From Polynucleobacter sp. (GTDB taxonomy: Bacteria > Pseudomonadota > Gammaproteobacteria > Burkholderiales > Burkholderiaceae), in the NCBI GenBank assembly GCA_040400535.1, contig JBBAQC010000007.1, positions 34,193-98,192 on the forward strand: 64,000 bases of DNA, written 5' to 3'. A model generated the notes under the pieces. The model was not told the origin of the DNA. It searched no databases and worked only from the letters and a program-made list of their open reading frames with translations. A program made the position numbers and the translations under genes. Shown here piece after piece: positions 9,108 to 20,781 of this stretch. Within the stretch, counting starts at the first letter, position 1. Each line of letters starts with the position of its first letter.

Positions 9108-10421
9108 ATGATTGAATCGGACATCAAGGCAAAATTATCGTTCTCAGACGGTACTCCAGATATTGACTTGCCTATTTACAAAGGGACTATTGGTCCAGAT
9201 GTGATTGATATTCGCAAGCTATATGGTCAGACTGGCAAGTTCACCTACGATTCAGGATTTCTTTCGACAGCATCTTGTAATAGCAAAATTACCTATATTG
9301 ACGGTGATAAGGGCGAGTTGCTCTACCGCGGCTACCCGATTGAGGAGCTTGCGCACAACTGCGACTTCTTAGAGGTTTGCTATCTGTTGCTAAATGGTGA
9401 GTTGCCAAACGCAAAACAAAAAACTGATTTTGAAGATTTGGTGATCCATCACACCATGGTGCATGAGCAAATGCAATTTTTCTTGCGTGGCTTCCGACGT
9501 GATGCCCATCCAATGTCAGTTTTGACTGGTTTGGTTGGTGCAATGGCTGCCTTCTATCATGATGAAATTGACTATAGCGTTCCCCATGCTCGTGTTGTTG
9601 CGCAAATTCGTTTGATTGCAAAGATGCCGACATTGGTCGCTATGTCCTATAAGTATTCTGTTGGACAACCATTTATCTACCCTGATAACTCTTTGTCGTA
9701 CACCGCAAATTTCATGCGCATGATGTTTGCAACTCCATGTGAAGATTACAAAATCAACCCTGTGCTAGTTCGCGCTCTTGATCGCATCTTTATTTTGCAT
9801 GCGGACCATGAGCAAAACGCCTCTACTTCTACAGTGCGCTTGTGTGGATCCTCTGGAACCAATCCATTTGCCGCGATTTCTGCTGGTATCGCTTGCTTGT
9901 GGGGTCCAGCCCATGGTGGTGCTAACGAAGCTTGTCTGCAAATGCTAAATGAGATCCAAGCCAATGGTGGCGTGGATACGATTGGTGAGTTTATTGCCCA
10001 GGTAAAAGACAAAAACTCTAGCGTTCGTTTAATGGGGTTTGGCCATCGCGTTTACAAAAACTTTGATCCACGAGCAAAACTCATGCGGGAAACTTGCTAT
10101 GAGGTTTTAAAAGAATTGGGTCTTGAGAATGATCCGCTCTTCAAGTTGGCGATGACACTTGAAAAGATCGCCCTTGAAGATGATTACTTTGTTAGCCGCA
10201 AGCTTTATCCAAACGTCGATTTCTACTCCGGAATTGTGCAGCGCGCACTAGGTATTCCAACAGATATGTTTACATGTGTCTTTGCCTTGGCAAGAACCGT
10301 GGGTTGGATTGCGCAATGGGAAGAGATGATTACGGATTCTGAGTACAAGATTGGCCGTCCCCGTCAGTTGTATGTTGGTGCGACCACACGCCAGGTTCCT
10401 AACATCACTGCTCGTAAATAA
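9108..10421 (+). CDS. gltA: Citrate synthase (type II)
   Basis: 437 aa with the active-site region GFGHRVYK. Confidence 0.97.
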   Translation: MIESDIKAKLSFSDGTPDIDLPIYKGTIGPDVIDIRKLYGQTGKFTYDSGFLSTASCNSKITYIDGDKGELLYRGYPIEELAHNCDFLEVCYLLLNGELPNAKQKTDFEDLVIHHTMVHEQMQFFLRGFRRDAHPMSVLTGLVGAMAAFYHDEIDYSVPHARVVAQIRLIAKMPTLVAMSYKYSVGQPFIYPDNSLSYTANFMRMMFATPCEDYKINPVLVRALDRIFILHADHEQNASTSTVRLCGSSGTNPFAAISAGIACLWGPAHGGANEACLQMLNEIQANGGVDTIGEFIAQVKDKNSSVRLMGFGHRVYKNFDPRAKLMRETCYEVLKELGLENDPLFKLAMTLEKIALEDDYFVSRKLYPNVDFYSGIVQRALGIPTDMFTCVFALARTVGWIAQWEEMITDSEYKIGRPRQLYVGATTRQVPNITARK

Positions 10422-10439
10422 GAGTTTTAGAGGATTTTC

Positions 10440-11849
10440 ATGTCACGTACGCTTTATGACAAATTGTGGGACGAGCATGTCATCTATTCTGAGCAGGATG
10501 GTACGGCAACGATTTATATAGATCGTCAACTCTTGCATGAAGTTACCAGTCCCCAAGCTTTTGAGGGCCTCAATTTAGCGAGCCGTCCAGTTTGGCGCGT
10601 CTCCGCTAATTTGGCGGTGTCAGACCATAATGTCCCAACGACAGATCGCTCTGAGGGCATTACTGATCCGATTTCTAAGTTACAAGTAGACACGCTCGAT
10701 CAAAACTGTGACGCCTTCGGTATTACTCAGTACAAGATGAACGATGCACGCCAAGGCATTGTTCATGTGATTGGACCTGAGCAAGGGGCAACTTTACCCG
10801 GAATGACTGTAGTCTGCGGTGATTCACATACGAGTACTCATGGAGCCTTTGGTGCCTTAGCATTTGGTATCGGCACCTCAGAGGTAGAGCATGTGTTAGC
10901 GACTCAAACCTTGCTCATGAAAAAGAGCAAGAACATGCTGGTGAAGGTTGACGGCAGGTTGTTACCTGGCTCCACAGCAAAAGATATTGTGCTTGCCGTG
11001 ATTGGCAAAATTGGGACTGCAGGCGGTACTGGGTACACCATTGAATTTGCAGGCGAAGCTATTCGGATGCTCTCTATGGAGGGTCGCATGACACTCTGTA
11101 ATATGGCAATCGAGGCTGGTGCGCGTGCTGGTCTTGTTGCTGTTGATGAAACAACTATTGAATATATTCAAGGTAGACCTTATGCACCCAAAGGTGAGCC
11201 TATGCGGCATGCCTTGCAGTACTGGCGAACCTTGCATTCTGATGCGGATGCACAGTTTGACGCTGTCGTTGAGTTACGTGCTGAAGAAATTGCGCCGCAG
11301 GTGACTTGGGGCACTTCACCAGAAATGGTTTTAGCTATTAGTGAGCGTGTTCCAGATCCCGAGAAAGAGCGCGACCCGAATAAACGTGCTGCCATGGAGC
11401 GGGCACTCGATTACATGGGCTTAGTTCCCAATACCCCAATGAGTAATATCTCAGTGGATAAAGTTTTCATTGGCTCCTGTACCAACAGCCGTATTGAAGA
11501 TATCCGTGCTGCAGCTAAGGTTGTTGATCGCTTAGGTAAAAAAGTAGCTGCTAATGTGAAGCTAGCCATGGTGGTACCAGGTTCAGGATTAGTAAAAGCC
11601 CAAGCAGAGCGCGAGGGCTTAGATCGCGTGTTCAAGGCAGCTGGCTTCGAATGGCGTGAACCGGGTTGCTCTATGTGCCTAGCAATGAATGCAGATCGCT
11701 TGGAGCCTGGAGAGCGTTGCGCCTCTACTTCTAATCGTAATTTTGAAGGTCGCCAGGGCAATGGCGGAAGAACGCATTTAGTTAGTCCAGCAATGGCGGC
11801 TGCTGCTGCGATTGAAGGTCACTTTGTTGATGTTCGTAAAATTTCTTAA
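10440..11849 (+). CDS. leuC: 3-isopropylmalate dehydratase large subunit
   Basis: Aconitase-family Fe-S ligand motifs CGDSHT and GSCTNSR. Confidence 0.97.
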   Translation: MSRTLYDKLWDEHVIYSEQDGTATIYIDRQLLHEVTSPQAFEGLNLASRPVWRVSANLAVSDHNVPTTDRSEGITDPISKLQVDTLDQNCDAFGITQYKMNDARQGIVHVIGPEQGATLPGMTVVCGDSHTSTHGAFGALAFGIGTSEVEHVLATQTLLMKKSKNMLVKVDGRLLPGSTAKDIVLAVIGKIGTAGGTGYTIEFAGEAIRMLSMEGRMTLCNMAIEAGARAGLVAVDETTIEYIQGRPYAPKGEPMRHALQYWRTLHSDADAQFDAVVELRAEEIAPQVTWGTSPEMVLAISERVPDPEKERDPNKRAAMERALDYMGLVPNTPMSNISVDKVFIGSCTNSRIEDIRAAAKVVDRLGKKVAANVKLAMVVPGSGLVKAQAEREGLDRVFKAAGFEWREPGCSMCLAMNADRLEPGERCASTSNRNFEGRQGNGGRTHLVSPAMAAAAAIEGHFVDVRKIS

Positions 11850-11882
11850 GGAACTACTATGTTTAATTGGTCCTCTTACACA

Positions 11883-12074
11883 ATGATTAAAAAATTGACG
11901 ATAGTTGCTGCCATCGGCATCATTCTTTCTGCTTGCGCCAATACTATGGAGGGTGTTGGCAAAGACCTTCAGACTATGGGTAATTCGATGGGTGGTGCAA
12001 AACCAGCCAACACCAATACGAATAACCAATCCCAAACCCAGGGAAAAGACGTTGTTGTTACTCCGGTTAAGTAA
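11883..12074 (+). CDS. Entericidin-like small lipoprotein with an Asn/Thr/Gln-rich tail
   Basis: [18 protein letters not shown] carries a lipobox, followed by [18 protein letters not shown], which resembles EcnA/B. It occupies the leuC-leuD slot, as in other Burkholderiales. Start taken at the internal ATG. Confidence 0.6.
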   Translation: MIKKLTIVAAIGIILSACANTMEGVGKDLQTMGNSMGGAKPANTNTNNQSQTQGKDVVVTPVK

Positions 12075-12079
12075 AGGTA

Positions 12080-12727
12080 ATGGATAAGTTCACTGTTTAC
12101 AAAGGCTTGGTGGCTCCGCTCAATCGTGAGAACGTGGATACCGACGCCATCATTCCAAAGCAATTCCTAAAGTCGATTAAAAAAACCGGCTTTGGACAGA
12201 ATTTATTTGATGAATGGCGCTATTTAGACCATGGTGAGCCTGGTCAAGATTGCAGTGCTCGCCCGCTTAACCCAGATTTTGTATTGAACCAAGCGCGTTA
12301 CCAAGCTCCCGGTATTTTGTTGGCGCGTAAGAACTTTGGTTGTGGCAGTTCTCGGGAGCATGCACCTTGGGCTTTGGACCAATATGGCTTTAGAGCGGTC
12401 ATTGCCCCTAGCTTTGCCGACATTTTTTATAACAATTGCTTCAAAAATGGTCTTTTGCCAATTGTGTTGTCCGAACTGCAGGTGGATCACCTCTTTAATG
12501 AGACACTGGCTTTTATTGGTTACCAGCTCACAATTGATCTAGAGGCACAGCAAGTGATTACCCCCGACGGAACCGCCTATAGCTTTGACGTCGCCCCCTT
12601 CAGAAAGCATTGCCTGGTCAATGGCTTAGACGATATTGGCTTAACCCTGCAACATGCAGATAAAATCAAGGCCTACGAAGCTGAGCGCATCCTCAGGATG
12701 CCTTGGCTTGCTACACAACTGCCGTAG
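12080..12727 (+). CDS. leuD: 3-isopropylmalate dehydratase small subunit
   Basis: 215 aa with the [13 protein letters not shown] motif. Confidence 0.97.
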   Translation: MDKFTVYKGLVAPLNRENVDTDAIIPKQFLKSIKKTGFGQNLFDEWRYLDHGEPGQDCSARPLNPDFVLNQARYQAPGILLARKNFGCGSSREHAPWALDQYGFRAVIAPSFADIFYNNCFKNGLLPIVLSELQVDHLFNETLAFIGYQLTIDLEAQQVITPDGTAYSFDVAPFRKHCLVNGLDDIGLTLQHADKIKAYEAERILRMPWLATQLP

Positions 12728-12751
12728 TTTTATTGAGTTAAAGGCCTTTTC

Positions 12752-13825
12752 ATGAAAATTGCAGTCCTGCCGGGCGATGGTATCGGCCCGGAAATCGTTG
12801 CTGAAGCCGTCAAAGTATTAAACGCGCTTGGCCCCAAATTTGATCTTGAGACTGCTCCCGTTGGCGGTGCTGCCTACGATATTTCTGGCCATCCATTGCC
12901 GCCAGCAACTTTAGAGCTCGCCAAAAAAGCAGATGCCATTTTGTTCGGCGCTGTTGGTGATTGGAAGTATGACACCTTGGCTCGTGAACTCCGTCCTGAA
13001 CAAGCTATTTTGGGTTTGCGCAAGCACCTAGAATTATTTGCCAACTTTAGACCAGCAATTTGCTATGACGAGTTAACGGCCGCCTCTAGCCTGAAAGCAG
13101 AAATTGTAGGTGGGCTGGATATTCTGATTATTCGTGAGCTCAATGGCGATATTTACTTTGGCCAACCACGGGGTATCCGTACTTCAGAGCTGCCTCTATT
13201 TAAGGGTGCACGTGAGGGCTTCGACATGATGCATTACAGCGAGCCAGAAGTAGAGCGTATTGGTCGGGTTGCATTTGAAGCGGCGCGCAAACGAAGTAAA
13301 AAAGTGTGCAGCGTGGATAAGGCTAACGTCTTAGAGACTTCACAGCTTTGGCGTGAGGTCATGATTCGGGTTGGCAAAGATTACCCCGATGTAGAGCTGA
13401 CGCATATGTATGTTGATAATGCAGCTATGCAACTAGTCAAAGCACCAAAAGCATTTGATGTGGTGGTGACCGGTAATCTTTTCGGAGATATTTTGTCTGA
13501 TGAGGCGGCGATGCTCACCGGCTCTATTGGTATGCTGCCGTCAGCCTCATTGGATAAAAATAATAAAGGCTTGTATGAGCCAAGTCATGGTTCAGCTCCC
13601 GATATTGCTGGCAAAGGTATTGCAAATCCATTGGCAACCATTCTTTCGGCTGCCATGATGTTGCGTTACTCATTAGGTATGCCACTAGAGGCTGATCGCA
13701 TTGAAGCAGCGGTACAAAAAGTACTGTCTCAAGGATTACGTACCGCCGATATTTTTACCGAGGGCACTAAAAAAGTATCTACCCTGCAAATGGGCGATGC
13801 TGTAGTGGCTGCTCTTACAAAATAA
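12752..13825 (+). CDS. leuB: 3-isopropylmalate dehydrogenase
   Basis: 357 aa with the [10 protein letters not shown] signature. Confidence 0.97.
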   Translation: MKIAVLPGDGIGPEIVAEAVKVLNALGPKFDLETAPVGGAAYDISGHPLPPATLELAKKADAILFGAVGDWKYDTLARELRPEQAILGLRKHLELFANFRPAICYDELTAASSLKAEIVGGLDILIIRELNGDIYFGQPRGIRTSELPLFKGAREGFDMMHYSEPEVERIGRVAFEAARKRSKKVCSVDKANVLETSQLWREVMIRVGKDYPDVELTHMYVDNAAMQLVKAPKAFDVVVTGNLFGDILSDEAAMLTGSIGMLPSASLDKNNKGLYEPSHGSAPDIAGKGIANPLATILSAAMMLRYSLGMPLEADRIEAAVQKVLSQGLRTADIFTEGTKKVSTLQMGDAVVAALTK

Positions 13826-13898
13826 GTATGAGATGCAACGACACAAGCACACACTGAACACCAATAACATCATTACACTGAATAAATAGTTGAACATC

Positions 13899-15056
13899 AT
13901 GGCAAATACACAAGTACCACTGGTAGGCTTAGTCGGCTGGCGCGGCATGGTTGGCAGCGTTCTCATGGAGAGAATGTTTGCCGAAAAAGATTTCGACTTA
14001 ATTGAGCCAGTATTTTTTAGTACCAGCCAAGCCGGTGGTTCGGCACCAACCTTAAATGGTCAGAAGCTGACCAAAAGCGAAAATACGTTGCTTGATGCCA
14101 ATGACATCAAAGCACTTGCGCGCTGTGACATTATCCTGACCTGCCAAGGCGGTGATTATACCAACGAGATTTTTCCGAAATTACGTGCTGCTGGATGGCA
14201 GGGTCATTGGATTGATGCTGCGAGCGCATTGCGCATGAAGGAAGATGCAGTTTTAGTTTTAGATCCTGTAAATCGCCCAGTGATTGATGCTGCTTTGGCG
14301 GCTGGCGGGAAGAATTGGATTGGCAGTAACTGTACTGTTAGCTTAATGATGATGGCCATGGGTGGTTTAGTTAAAGCCGATATGGTTGAGTGGATTAGCG
14401 CCATGACCTATCAGGCAGCTTCTGGCGCTGGTGCTCAAAATATGCGTGAACTATTGTTGCAAATGGGCGCTTTGCACGACAGCGTGGCTGCCGAACTAGC
14501 GGATCCTTCTTCTTGGATTTTGGACATTGATCGCAAAATTACCGAGACTTTACGTTCTCCAGATTTCCCCAAGAAAAACTTTCGCAATACACCCTTGGCA
14601 GGAAGTCTCATTCCTTGGATTGATATCCCTGTAGAGCATGGTCAAACTAAAGAAGAATGGAAGGGCGGTGCTGAGTTTAATAAGATTTTGGGCCGCCCTG
14701 GATTTAGAATGCCTGGCAGTATTCCAATTGATGGTTTATGTGTTCGGGTTGGCGCTATGCGTTGTCATTCACAAGGCCTTACCGTCAAACTCAAAAAAGA
14801 TATTCCATTAAAAGAGATTGAGGCAATCTTGGCTAATGACAATCCATGGGTCAAGGTCATTCCAAACGATCGCGAGACTACCGAGCGTGAATTGTCACCA
14901 GCGGCAGTTAGTGGCACGCTAACTGTACCTATTGGGCGATTACATAAAATGGCGATGGGCCCTGAATATCTCAGCGCCTTTACAGTAGGCGATCAACTCT
15001 TGTGGGGCGCAGCTGAACCTTTGCGCCGCATGCTCCGTATTTTGTTAGAGCGCTAA
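13899..15056 (+). CDS. asd: Aspartate-semialdehyde dehydrogenase
   Basis: N-terminal [13 protein letters not shown] and the active-site Cys context [11 protein letters not shown] 13899 preferred over TTG 13890. Confidence 0.95.
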   Translation: MANTQVPLVGLVGWRGMVGSVLMERMFAEKDFDLIEPVFFSTSQAGGSAPTLNGQKLTKSENTLLDANDIKALARCDIILTCQGGDYTNEIFPKLRAAGWQGHWIDAASALRMKEDAVLVLDPVNRPVIDAALAAGGKNWIGSNCTVSLMMMAMGGLVKADMVEWISAMTYQAASGAGAQNMRELLLQMGALHDSVAAELADPSSWILDIDRKITETLRSPDFPKKNFRNTPLAGSLIPWIDIPVEHGQTKEEWKGGAEFNKILGRPGFRMPGSIPIDGLCVRVGAMRCHSQGLTVKLKKDIPLKEIEAILANDNPWVKVIPNDRETTERELSPAAVSGTLTVPIGRLHKMAMGPEYLSAFTVGDQLLWGAAEPLRRMLRILLER

Positions 15057-16510
15057 TGTTTAGATTCGGCCAATTTTCTTTAGCTAGACTACTTTGCTTG
15101 GTCTGTCTAAGTTGGTCTTGTGCGGCTGGAGCTGTTTCTCTGGGGTCTCCCAAACTACTCTCGAAGCCGGGTGAGCCTCTTAAAGCAGAGTTTCTGATTC
15201 GGGTGGGTGCTGATGAGCAATCCGCCCTGACTAGTTTGAATGTCAGTATTGCCAATAAGGCTGCCTATGAACGCTTGGGGATTTCTCAAAAAATCCTCAG
15301 CCTCAATCCTCAGGCAATGATTTATCGCAATCCACAAGCGCAGTTAGTGGTCTTGCTGGAAACGGTTGAATCTGTAGCAGTCACCGATGATCCTTTCCTG
15401 GATGTCTTAGTGACCTTAAATTGGTCTGCTGGTAGTCTTACTAAAACATTTACTCTACTTTTGGGCGATACCCAAAAAATCCTTGTCAGCCCTGGCCAGA
15501 CTCTTTCAGGAATCGCAGCGCAACTAGCACCTCAATTACAGGGTGCAAGCCTCAATCAAACCATGATGGCTTTATTTAAAGCCAATCCAGATGCATTTGC
15601 TAGTGGCAGTATCAATCGTCTCGAGGCTGGCGTTGAGCTTAATCAGCCCAATCAGGCTTTGCTACGCTCAATTAGTCCTGTAGAAGCTCAGCAGTTCGTA
15701 GCAGAGTCGAATGCTCAGTGGCTATTAGAGCGCGATGCTAAGGATGGCGCAAAAGACGGTGCAAAAAAATCAGGACAAGATCCCAACAGTAGCAACGGCT
15801 CTAAAAATACTGTCGATGCACCACTCAAGGATCGTCTTAAAATTGGATCAAGTACCCAAGATAGTTCTGAAGAGCGTCGCTATACAGAAGATTTAGTTGC
15901 ACAAGAAAAAGCACTCGAACAAACACGAGTCAGGGTAGCTGAGCTTGAAAAGAATATTGCAGATCTACAGCTCATGCTAGACCAAGCCAAGGGTAAAACG
16001 CCTGCAGCAACAAAAGATGCTGGTCTATTTGGCTTGGGTAATTTTGCTCCCGCGCTACTAGCCTTACTCTTGATAAGCTTTACTGGATTATTACTATGGT
16101 TGCTGGCAAAAAATGCACGGCGCTCTGAGGCCCGTAATTTCTCCAACAGCACTCCCGCTGCACCGGTAAGCACCTCTGAGCACAGCCCATCTCACAGTGG
16201 CATGCCAGACCGCGCGAAGACTTTATTTGCTGGGATTGATTTAGAGTTAACGCCTATCCAAAAACCTACATCGGCATCACAGCCTGAGTTAAAGCCTGTA
16301 TCGAAGATAAACCCTCTAGCCGAGGTAAATCCCTTGGTTGATGCACTGCGGGTAAAGCTCAATTTAGCGCGTGCCTACATCACCATCGAAGATTTTGTTG
16401 CTGCTAGAAAATCTCTCCAAGAAATTGTCCAGATTGGTGGACCAATTGATCCTGTAATTACTGTAGAAGCTCAAAATTTATTAGCCGAGCTATCTCTGCG
16501 TAATCATTAA
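15056..16510 (+). CDS. FimV/HubP-like peptidoglycan-binding membrane protein
   Basis: Signal peptide, then a LysM-like segment ([16 protein letters not shown]...FKANPDAF...NRLEAG). A coiled-coil, one TM helix and a FimV-type C-terminal motif ([23 protein letters not shown]) follow. It sits in the asd-fimV-truA position. A TAATG overlap joins it to the asd stop. Confidence 0.8.
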   Translation: MFRFGQFSLARLLCLVCLSWSCAAGAVSLGSPKLLSKPGEPLKAEFLIRVGADEQSALTSLNVSIANKAAYERLGISQKILSLNPQAMIYRNPQAQLVVLLETVESVAVTDDPFLDVLVTLNWSAGSLTKTFTLLLGDTQKILVSPGQTLSGIAAQLAPQLQGASLNQTMMALFKANPDAFASGSINRLEAGVELNQPNQALLRSISPVEAQQFVAESNAQWLLERDAKDGAKDGAKKSGQDPNSSNGSKNTVDAPLKDRLKIGSSTQDSSEERRYTEDLVAQEKALEQTRVRVAELEKNIADLQLMLDQAKGKTPAATKDAGLFGLGNFAPALLALLLISFTGLLLWLLAKNARRSEARNFSNSTPAAPVSTSEHSPSHSGMPDRAKTLFAGIDLELTPIQKPTSASQPELKPVSKINPLAEVNPLVDALRVKLNLARAYITIEDFVAARKSLQEIVQIGGPIDPVITVEAQNLLAELSLRNH

Positions 16511-16518
16511 GTTTTCCT

Positions 16519-17352
16519 ATGCGAATTGCTCTAGGCCTCCAATATGATGGCAGTACCTATTCAGGATGGCAGTCTCAGCTAAATCAAAACACGATTCAAG
16601 ACGAGTTGGAAAAGGCGATTTCTGCATTTGTTGGTATAGATGCGAGGAAATCTCCTATTCGTGTCATTACAGCAGGTAGAACGGATACAGGAGTACATGC
16701 CTTAGGCCAAGTGGTTCATTTTGATGTTGAGGTGGAACGAGAGAATTGGTCATGGGTTAGGGGGGTGAATGCCTTTTTGCCAGAATCGATTGTGGTGAAT
16801 TGGGCGCAAGTTGCTCCTGAAGAATTTAGCGCTCGTTATTCTGCATGTGAGCGTACTTATATTTATGCTTTGCATGCAGGGCCATATCGCTCTCCGATGG
16901 CTGCTGACCGCGCTGGCTATGTGATGCTTCCAGCAGATCGTTGGTTTGATGTTGATGCCATGACACTTGCTGCCAAGTGTTTAATTGGTGAGCATGATTT
17001 CAGTTCATTTCGTTCTTCAGAGTGTCAAAGTAAGACACCAGTAAAGACGATGCATTCGATTGAGATTTTCTCGCATGCACCCTGGCTTTATTTTAAGATC
17101 ACTGGAAATGCTTTTTTACATCATATGGTGCGTAACTTAGTGGGTAGTTTTATTCAGATTGGCGTTGGTAAACAAAAGGCTGAATGGATGGCGCAAGTGC
17201 TGGCTGCAAAAGATCGCAGTATTGCTGCACCGACATTTTCTCCGGCTGGGCTCTATTTGGCCAAAATAGCTTATCCAGAAGAGTTCGGCATTCCAGGCCC
17301 TTGGCTACAAAACTCTTGGTTACCCCCTTTTCTGACACAGCATGAGGCCTAA
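16519..17352 (+). CDS. truA: tRNA pseudouridine(38-40) synthase
   Basis: Catalytic motif GRTDTGVHA. Confidence 0.95.
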   Translation: MRIALGLQYDGSTYSGWQSQLNQNTIQDELEKAISAFVGIDARKSPIRVITAGRTDTGVHALGQVVHFDVEVERENWSWVRGVNAFLPESIVVNWAQVAPEEFSARYSACERTYIYALHAGPYRSPMAADRAGYVMLPADRWFDVDAMTLAAKCLIGEHDFSSFRSSECQSKTPVKTMHSIEIFSHAPWLYFKITGNAFLHHMVRNLVGSFIQIGVGKQKAEWMAQVLAAKDRSIAAPTFSPAGLYLAKIAYPEEFGIPGPWLQNSWLPPFLTQHEA

Positions 17353-17431
17353 TTAAGGCTATTAGCTGTAGGGTATTTCTGCAAATGATAAGATTTGTTT
17401 CCGTTTGCTTTTGCCAATAAAAAGGGCTCTC

Positions 17432-17869
17432 ATGTTTAATTCCAAATCAAAACAACCACTAGGTAAATCAGTTGAAAGTTTTGAAACCATTATCGGCTCC
17501 AGCCTAAGAGTAGACGGCAATTTGCTACTGCGTAGCAGTGTTCGCATTGATGGTCTTGTTAACGGCAACATCTTGCAAGAGGATGGTTGTGAGGCTACTG
17601 TTGCTATTGCAAAGGGTGCCACAGTGATTGGTGATATTCGAGCCAAGCATGTGATTGTTTCTGGGAGCCTGCAAGGAAATATCTTTTCTTCTGATCGCGT
17701 AGAGTTGCTTGAAACCGCCTTTGTGAGCGGAGACATTACCTACGGTACATTAGGCATGCAAGTCGGCGCTAAGCTCGAAGGTAAGCTAAGGCAGGCTGAC
17801 AGTGAAACTTCGACCCAAACTGCCGATGTATTCATTGCGCAAGCAATGCAAAAAAGTAATGCTGCCTAA
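17432..17869 (+). CDS. Bactofilin-family polymer-forming cytoskeletal protein
   Basis: Repetitive beta-helix pattern: IGSSLRVDGNL..VRIDGLVNGNI..IGDIRAKHVIVSGSLQGNI..VSGDITYGTLGMQVGAKLEG. Start taken at MFNSKSK. Confidence 0.85.
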   Translation: MFNSKSKQPLGKSVESFETIIGSSLRVDGNLLLRSSVRIDGLVNGNILQEDGCEATVAIAKGATVIGDIRAKHVIVSGSLQGNIFSSDRVELLETAFVSGDITYGTLGMQVGAKLEGKLRQADSETSTQTADVFIAQAMQKSNAA

Positions 17870-17874
17870 CTGAG

Positions 17875-18801
17875 ATGCAAATCTTTTGGGTTTCAGGTGC
17901 GGTTGGCAAGATACATCGTATTAACTTAACGTTAAAGCATCTTTTATTGGGATTTTGTGGCTTTGCTTTTGCGTTGATTTTCTTGGGTGTTTTTCTGCAA
18001 TACATGGGCTTTCAGATGGCCATTGAGTACAATCCACAGCTCGCCAGGAAACTCGGAAATGTTCACTCTGCCCTTGAGCTTGAAAATCTCAATACCTTTT
18101 ATCGACAAAAATTAATCGACATTGAAAAACAAGTTGTCACTTACCAGGCCAAGGTAAATGATTTACAAGTTAGCAATCAAAAATTATCAGTACTAGCTAC
18201 GCCACCAGCAATACAGAAAGACAAGCCTAAAGCTCCTTCAGTTGGCGGGCCATTTATTAGTCCGACTCGCTCTGAAACTAACCCCAGTTTGATGAATGCC
18301 TTGCAGGAATCTCTGCAAGATATGAAGCGTAATAATGAGCACCTCGATAAATTATCTGATCACTGGGTAAGCTATGTATCTTGGCTTGAAGCTGCGCCAA
18401 CGGGCATGCCATTACAGGATCGGATTTCTATTTCCAGTGGCTTTGGAAAGCGGCTTGATCCGTTTAAAAATACCTGGAGCGAGCACTTAGGGGTAGACTT
18501 TCAGGCGCCCTCAGGAACCCCAATCGTGTCATCGGGCGTTGGTAGGGTCTCAAAAGCTGTCCGAGATTCGGTATATGGCAATCTTCTCGTGATTGATCAT
18601 GACTCTGGCATCCAAACCCGCTACGCTCATGCTAGCGAGCTCTTGGTTAGTGAGGGTCAGACAGTTCGTAGAGGCCAATTAATTGCGCGGGTTGGCTCCA
18701 CGGGAAGGACGACCGGTCCCCACCTGCACTATGAGGTTCTGAAGGATGGCAAATTAATTGACCCATCCCATATTCTGATTGGGCAATTCTCAGCTCAATA
18801 G
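17875..18801 (+). CDS. M23-family (LytM-domain) metallopeptidase with an N-terminal TM helix and coiled-coil
   Basis: HxxxD (HLGVDF) and HxH (GPHLHYEV) zinc motifs. It starts 5 nt after the bactofilin gene. Confidence 0.9.
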   Translation: MQIFWVSGAVGKIHRINLTLKHLLLGFCGFAFALIFLGVFLQYMGFQMAIEYNPQLARKLGNVHSALELENLNTFYRQKLIDIEKQVVTYQAKVNDLQVSNQKLSVLATPPAIQKDKPKAPSVGGPFISPTRSETNPSLMNALQESLQDMKRNNEHLDKLSDHWVSYVSWLEAAPTGMPLQDRISISSGFGKRLDPFKNTWSEHLGVDFQAPSGTPIVSSGVGRVSKAVRDSVYGNLLVIDHDSGIQTRYAHASELLVSEGQTVRRGQLIARVGSTGRTTGPHLHYEVLKDGKLIDPSHILIGQFSAQ

Positions 18802-18835
18802 GGCGTTTTTCAGCCTTAACCCGTATCATTAGGGT

Positions 18836-19510
18836 ATGGGATTACTCAATTACACCGGCGGCCGAACCAGGGTCAAAATTTGTGGGCTAAAGTCGCCAGC
18901 CGATGTCGATGCAGCTGTACTTGCTGGGGTTGACGCCCTTGGTTTTGTCTTTTATCCCCCCAGTTCTAGGGCGGTAAGCCCCAATATTGCCGCTACCTTG
19001 ATTTCGAGACTACCAGCGGGGGTAGATGCCGTTGGCTTAGTCGTAAATGCCACAGATGCTGAATTTGAGGCCATTAGGGGTGCCGCCCCCATCACTTTAT
19101 GGCAGTTTCATGGGGATGAGTCCCCAGCTGAATGTGGGCGCCTTGCTAAAGGCCAGCCTTGGATAAAGGCTGCACGCGTTGGAGCCGGCTTCGCTTTTGA
19201 TGATTTTTCCCTACAATATAGGCATGCAAATGCTTTTTTGCTCGATGCCCTGGTAGAGGGTTATGGTGGAGGAGGCATTCCTTTTGATTGGTCAGGAATT
19301 CCGCAAACATGGATAAGCGCAAACGCGCCTCAGGTCGTTTTGAGTGGTGGATTGAACGTTCACAACGTGGGCGAAGCAATTGCTCGTCTACACCCTTGTG
19401 CGGTTGACGTCTCGAGCGGCGTTGAAATCAGCAAAGGTGTAAAAGATCACGTCTTGATGAGAGAGTTTATCGAGGCAGTGCGTGCGGCAGACGCAAGCAC
19501 ATCAACCTAA
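18836..19510 (+). CDS. trpF: Phosphoribosylanthranilate isomerase
   Basis: RVKICGL N-terminus, 224 aa, located upstream of trpB. Confidence 0.9.
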   Translation: MGLLNYTGGRTRVKICGLKSPADVDAAVLAGVDALGFVFYPPSSRAVSPNIAATLISRLPAGVDAVGLVVNATDAEFEAIRGAAPITLWQFHGDESPAECGRLAKGQPWIKAARVGAGFAFDDFSLQYRHANAFLLDALVEGYGGGGIPFDWSGIPQTWISANAPQVVLSGGLNVHNVGEAIARLHPCAVDVSSGVEISKGVKDHVLMREFIEAVRAADASTST

Positions 19511-19541
19511 CATTTGCTGTAACTAATTAAAAGAGGTCTTT

Positions 19542-20735
19542 ATGTACGATAAGCCAGATGCACGAGGGCACTTCGGTCCTTACGGTGGCGTATTTGTTTC
19601 TGAAACGCTGATGTTCGCTTTGGAAGAGCTCAAGGCAGCTTATGCAAAATATCAATACGATCCAGAATTTTTAGAAGAGTTTCATTACGAGCTAAAACAT
19701 TTTGTAGGTCGCCCATCCCCGGTATATCACGCCAAGCGTTGGAGTGAGATGTTAGGCGGTGCGCAAATCTATCTCAAGCGTGAAGATTTAAATCACACTG
19801 GCGCACATAAAATTAATAACGTGATTGGTCAAGCGATGTTGGCTAAGCGCATGGGCAAGCCACGCATCATTGCTGAGACTGGAGCAGGACAGCATGGTGT
19901 TGCTACTGCAACTATTTGTGCTCGTTTCGGTTTAGATTGCACTGTGTATCAAGGCTCGGTTGACGTAGCGCGTCAAGCGCAGAATGTATTTCGGATGAAA
20001 CTACTCGGCGCTAAAGTTGTCCCTGTCGAGTCAGGAACTAAGACCTTGAAAGATGCGCTAAACGAGGCAATGCGCGATTGGGTTACCAATGTAGAAGATA
20101 CCTTCTACATCATTGGTACGGTTGCAGGTCCTCATCCATATCCTATGATGGTGCGTGATTTTCAAAGTGTGATCGGTGAAGAGTGCAAAGTGCAGATGCC
20201 TGAATTGACCGGACGTCAGCCAGACTATGTCATGGCTTGTGTAGGTGGTGGCTCCAATGCAATGGGTATCTTTTATCCCTATATTGATTACCCGGAAGTC
20301 AAATTAGTCGGTGTGGAAGCTGCGGGTCATGGCTTAAAGAGTGGCTTACACTCCGCTGCCTTATGTGTAGGTAAGCCAGGAGTATTGCATGGTAACCGCA
20401 CCTATCTTTTGCAGGATGAGAATGGTCAGATTTCTGAAACGCATTCTGTTTCTGCTGGTATGGACTACCCCGGCGTAGGCCCTGAGCATGCTTGGTTGAA
20501 AGACTCCGGTCGCGCTGACTATGTTGCAATTACGGACGAAGAAGCGCTCAAGGCATTTCATGATTGCTGTCAAATTGAGGGCATTATTCCTGCACTCGAG
20601 TCTGCTCATGCAATTGCCTATGCTTGCAAACTAGCGCCAACTCTCTCAAAAGATAAAACCATCTTGGTCAACCTGTCTGGTCGTGGCGATAAAGATATGC
20701 ATACCGTGGCGCAAGCTACTGGATCCGAAGGCTAA
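19542..20735 (+). CDS. trpB: Tryptophan synthase beta chain
   Basis: PLP-lysine motif HTGAHKINN. Confidence 0.97.
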   Translation: MYDKPDARGHFGPYGGVFVSETLMFALEELKAAYAKYQYDPEFLEEFHYELKHFVGRPSPVYHAKRWSEMLGGAQIYLKREDLNHTGAHKINNVIGQAMLAKRMGKPRIIAETGAGQHGVATATICARFGLDCTVYQGSVDVARQAQNVFRMKLLGAKVVPVESGTKTLKDALNEAMRDWVTNVEDTFYIIGTVAGPHPYPMMVRDFQSVIGEECKVQMPELTGRQPDYVMACVGGGSNAMGIFYPYIDYPEVKLVGVEAAGHGLKSGLHSAALCVGKPGVLHGNRTYLLQDENGQISETHSVSAGMDYPGVGPEHAWLKDSGRADYVAITDEEALKAFHDCCQIEGIIPALESAHAIAYACKLAPTLSKDKTILVNLSGRGDKDMHTVAQATGSEG

Positions 20736-20781
20736 GCTGCAGTCAATGACTCACCACATTAAAAAATAAATACGAATCACC

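Noticed and set aside
15727-15765. [12 protein letters not shown] mini-repeat in the FimV-like protein.
   Set aside because: This is a short, imperfect nucleotide repeat inside a low-complexity linker typical of FimV/HubP proteins, and has no independent significance.
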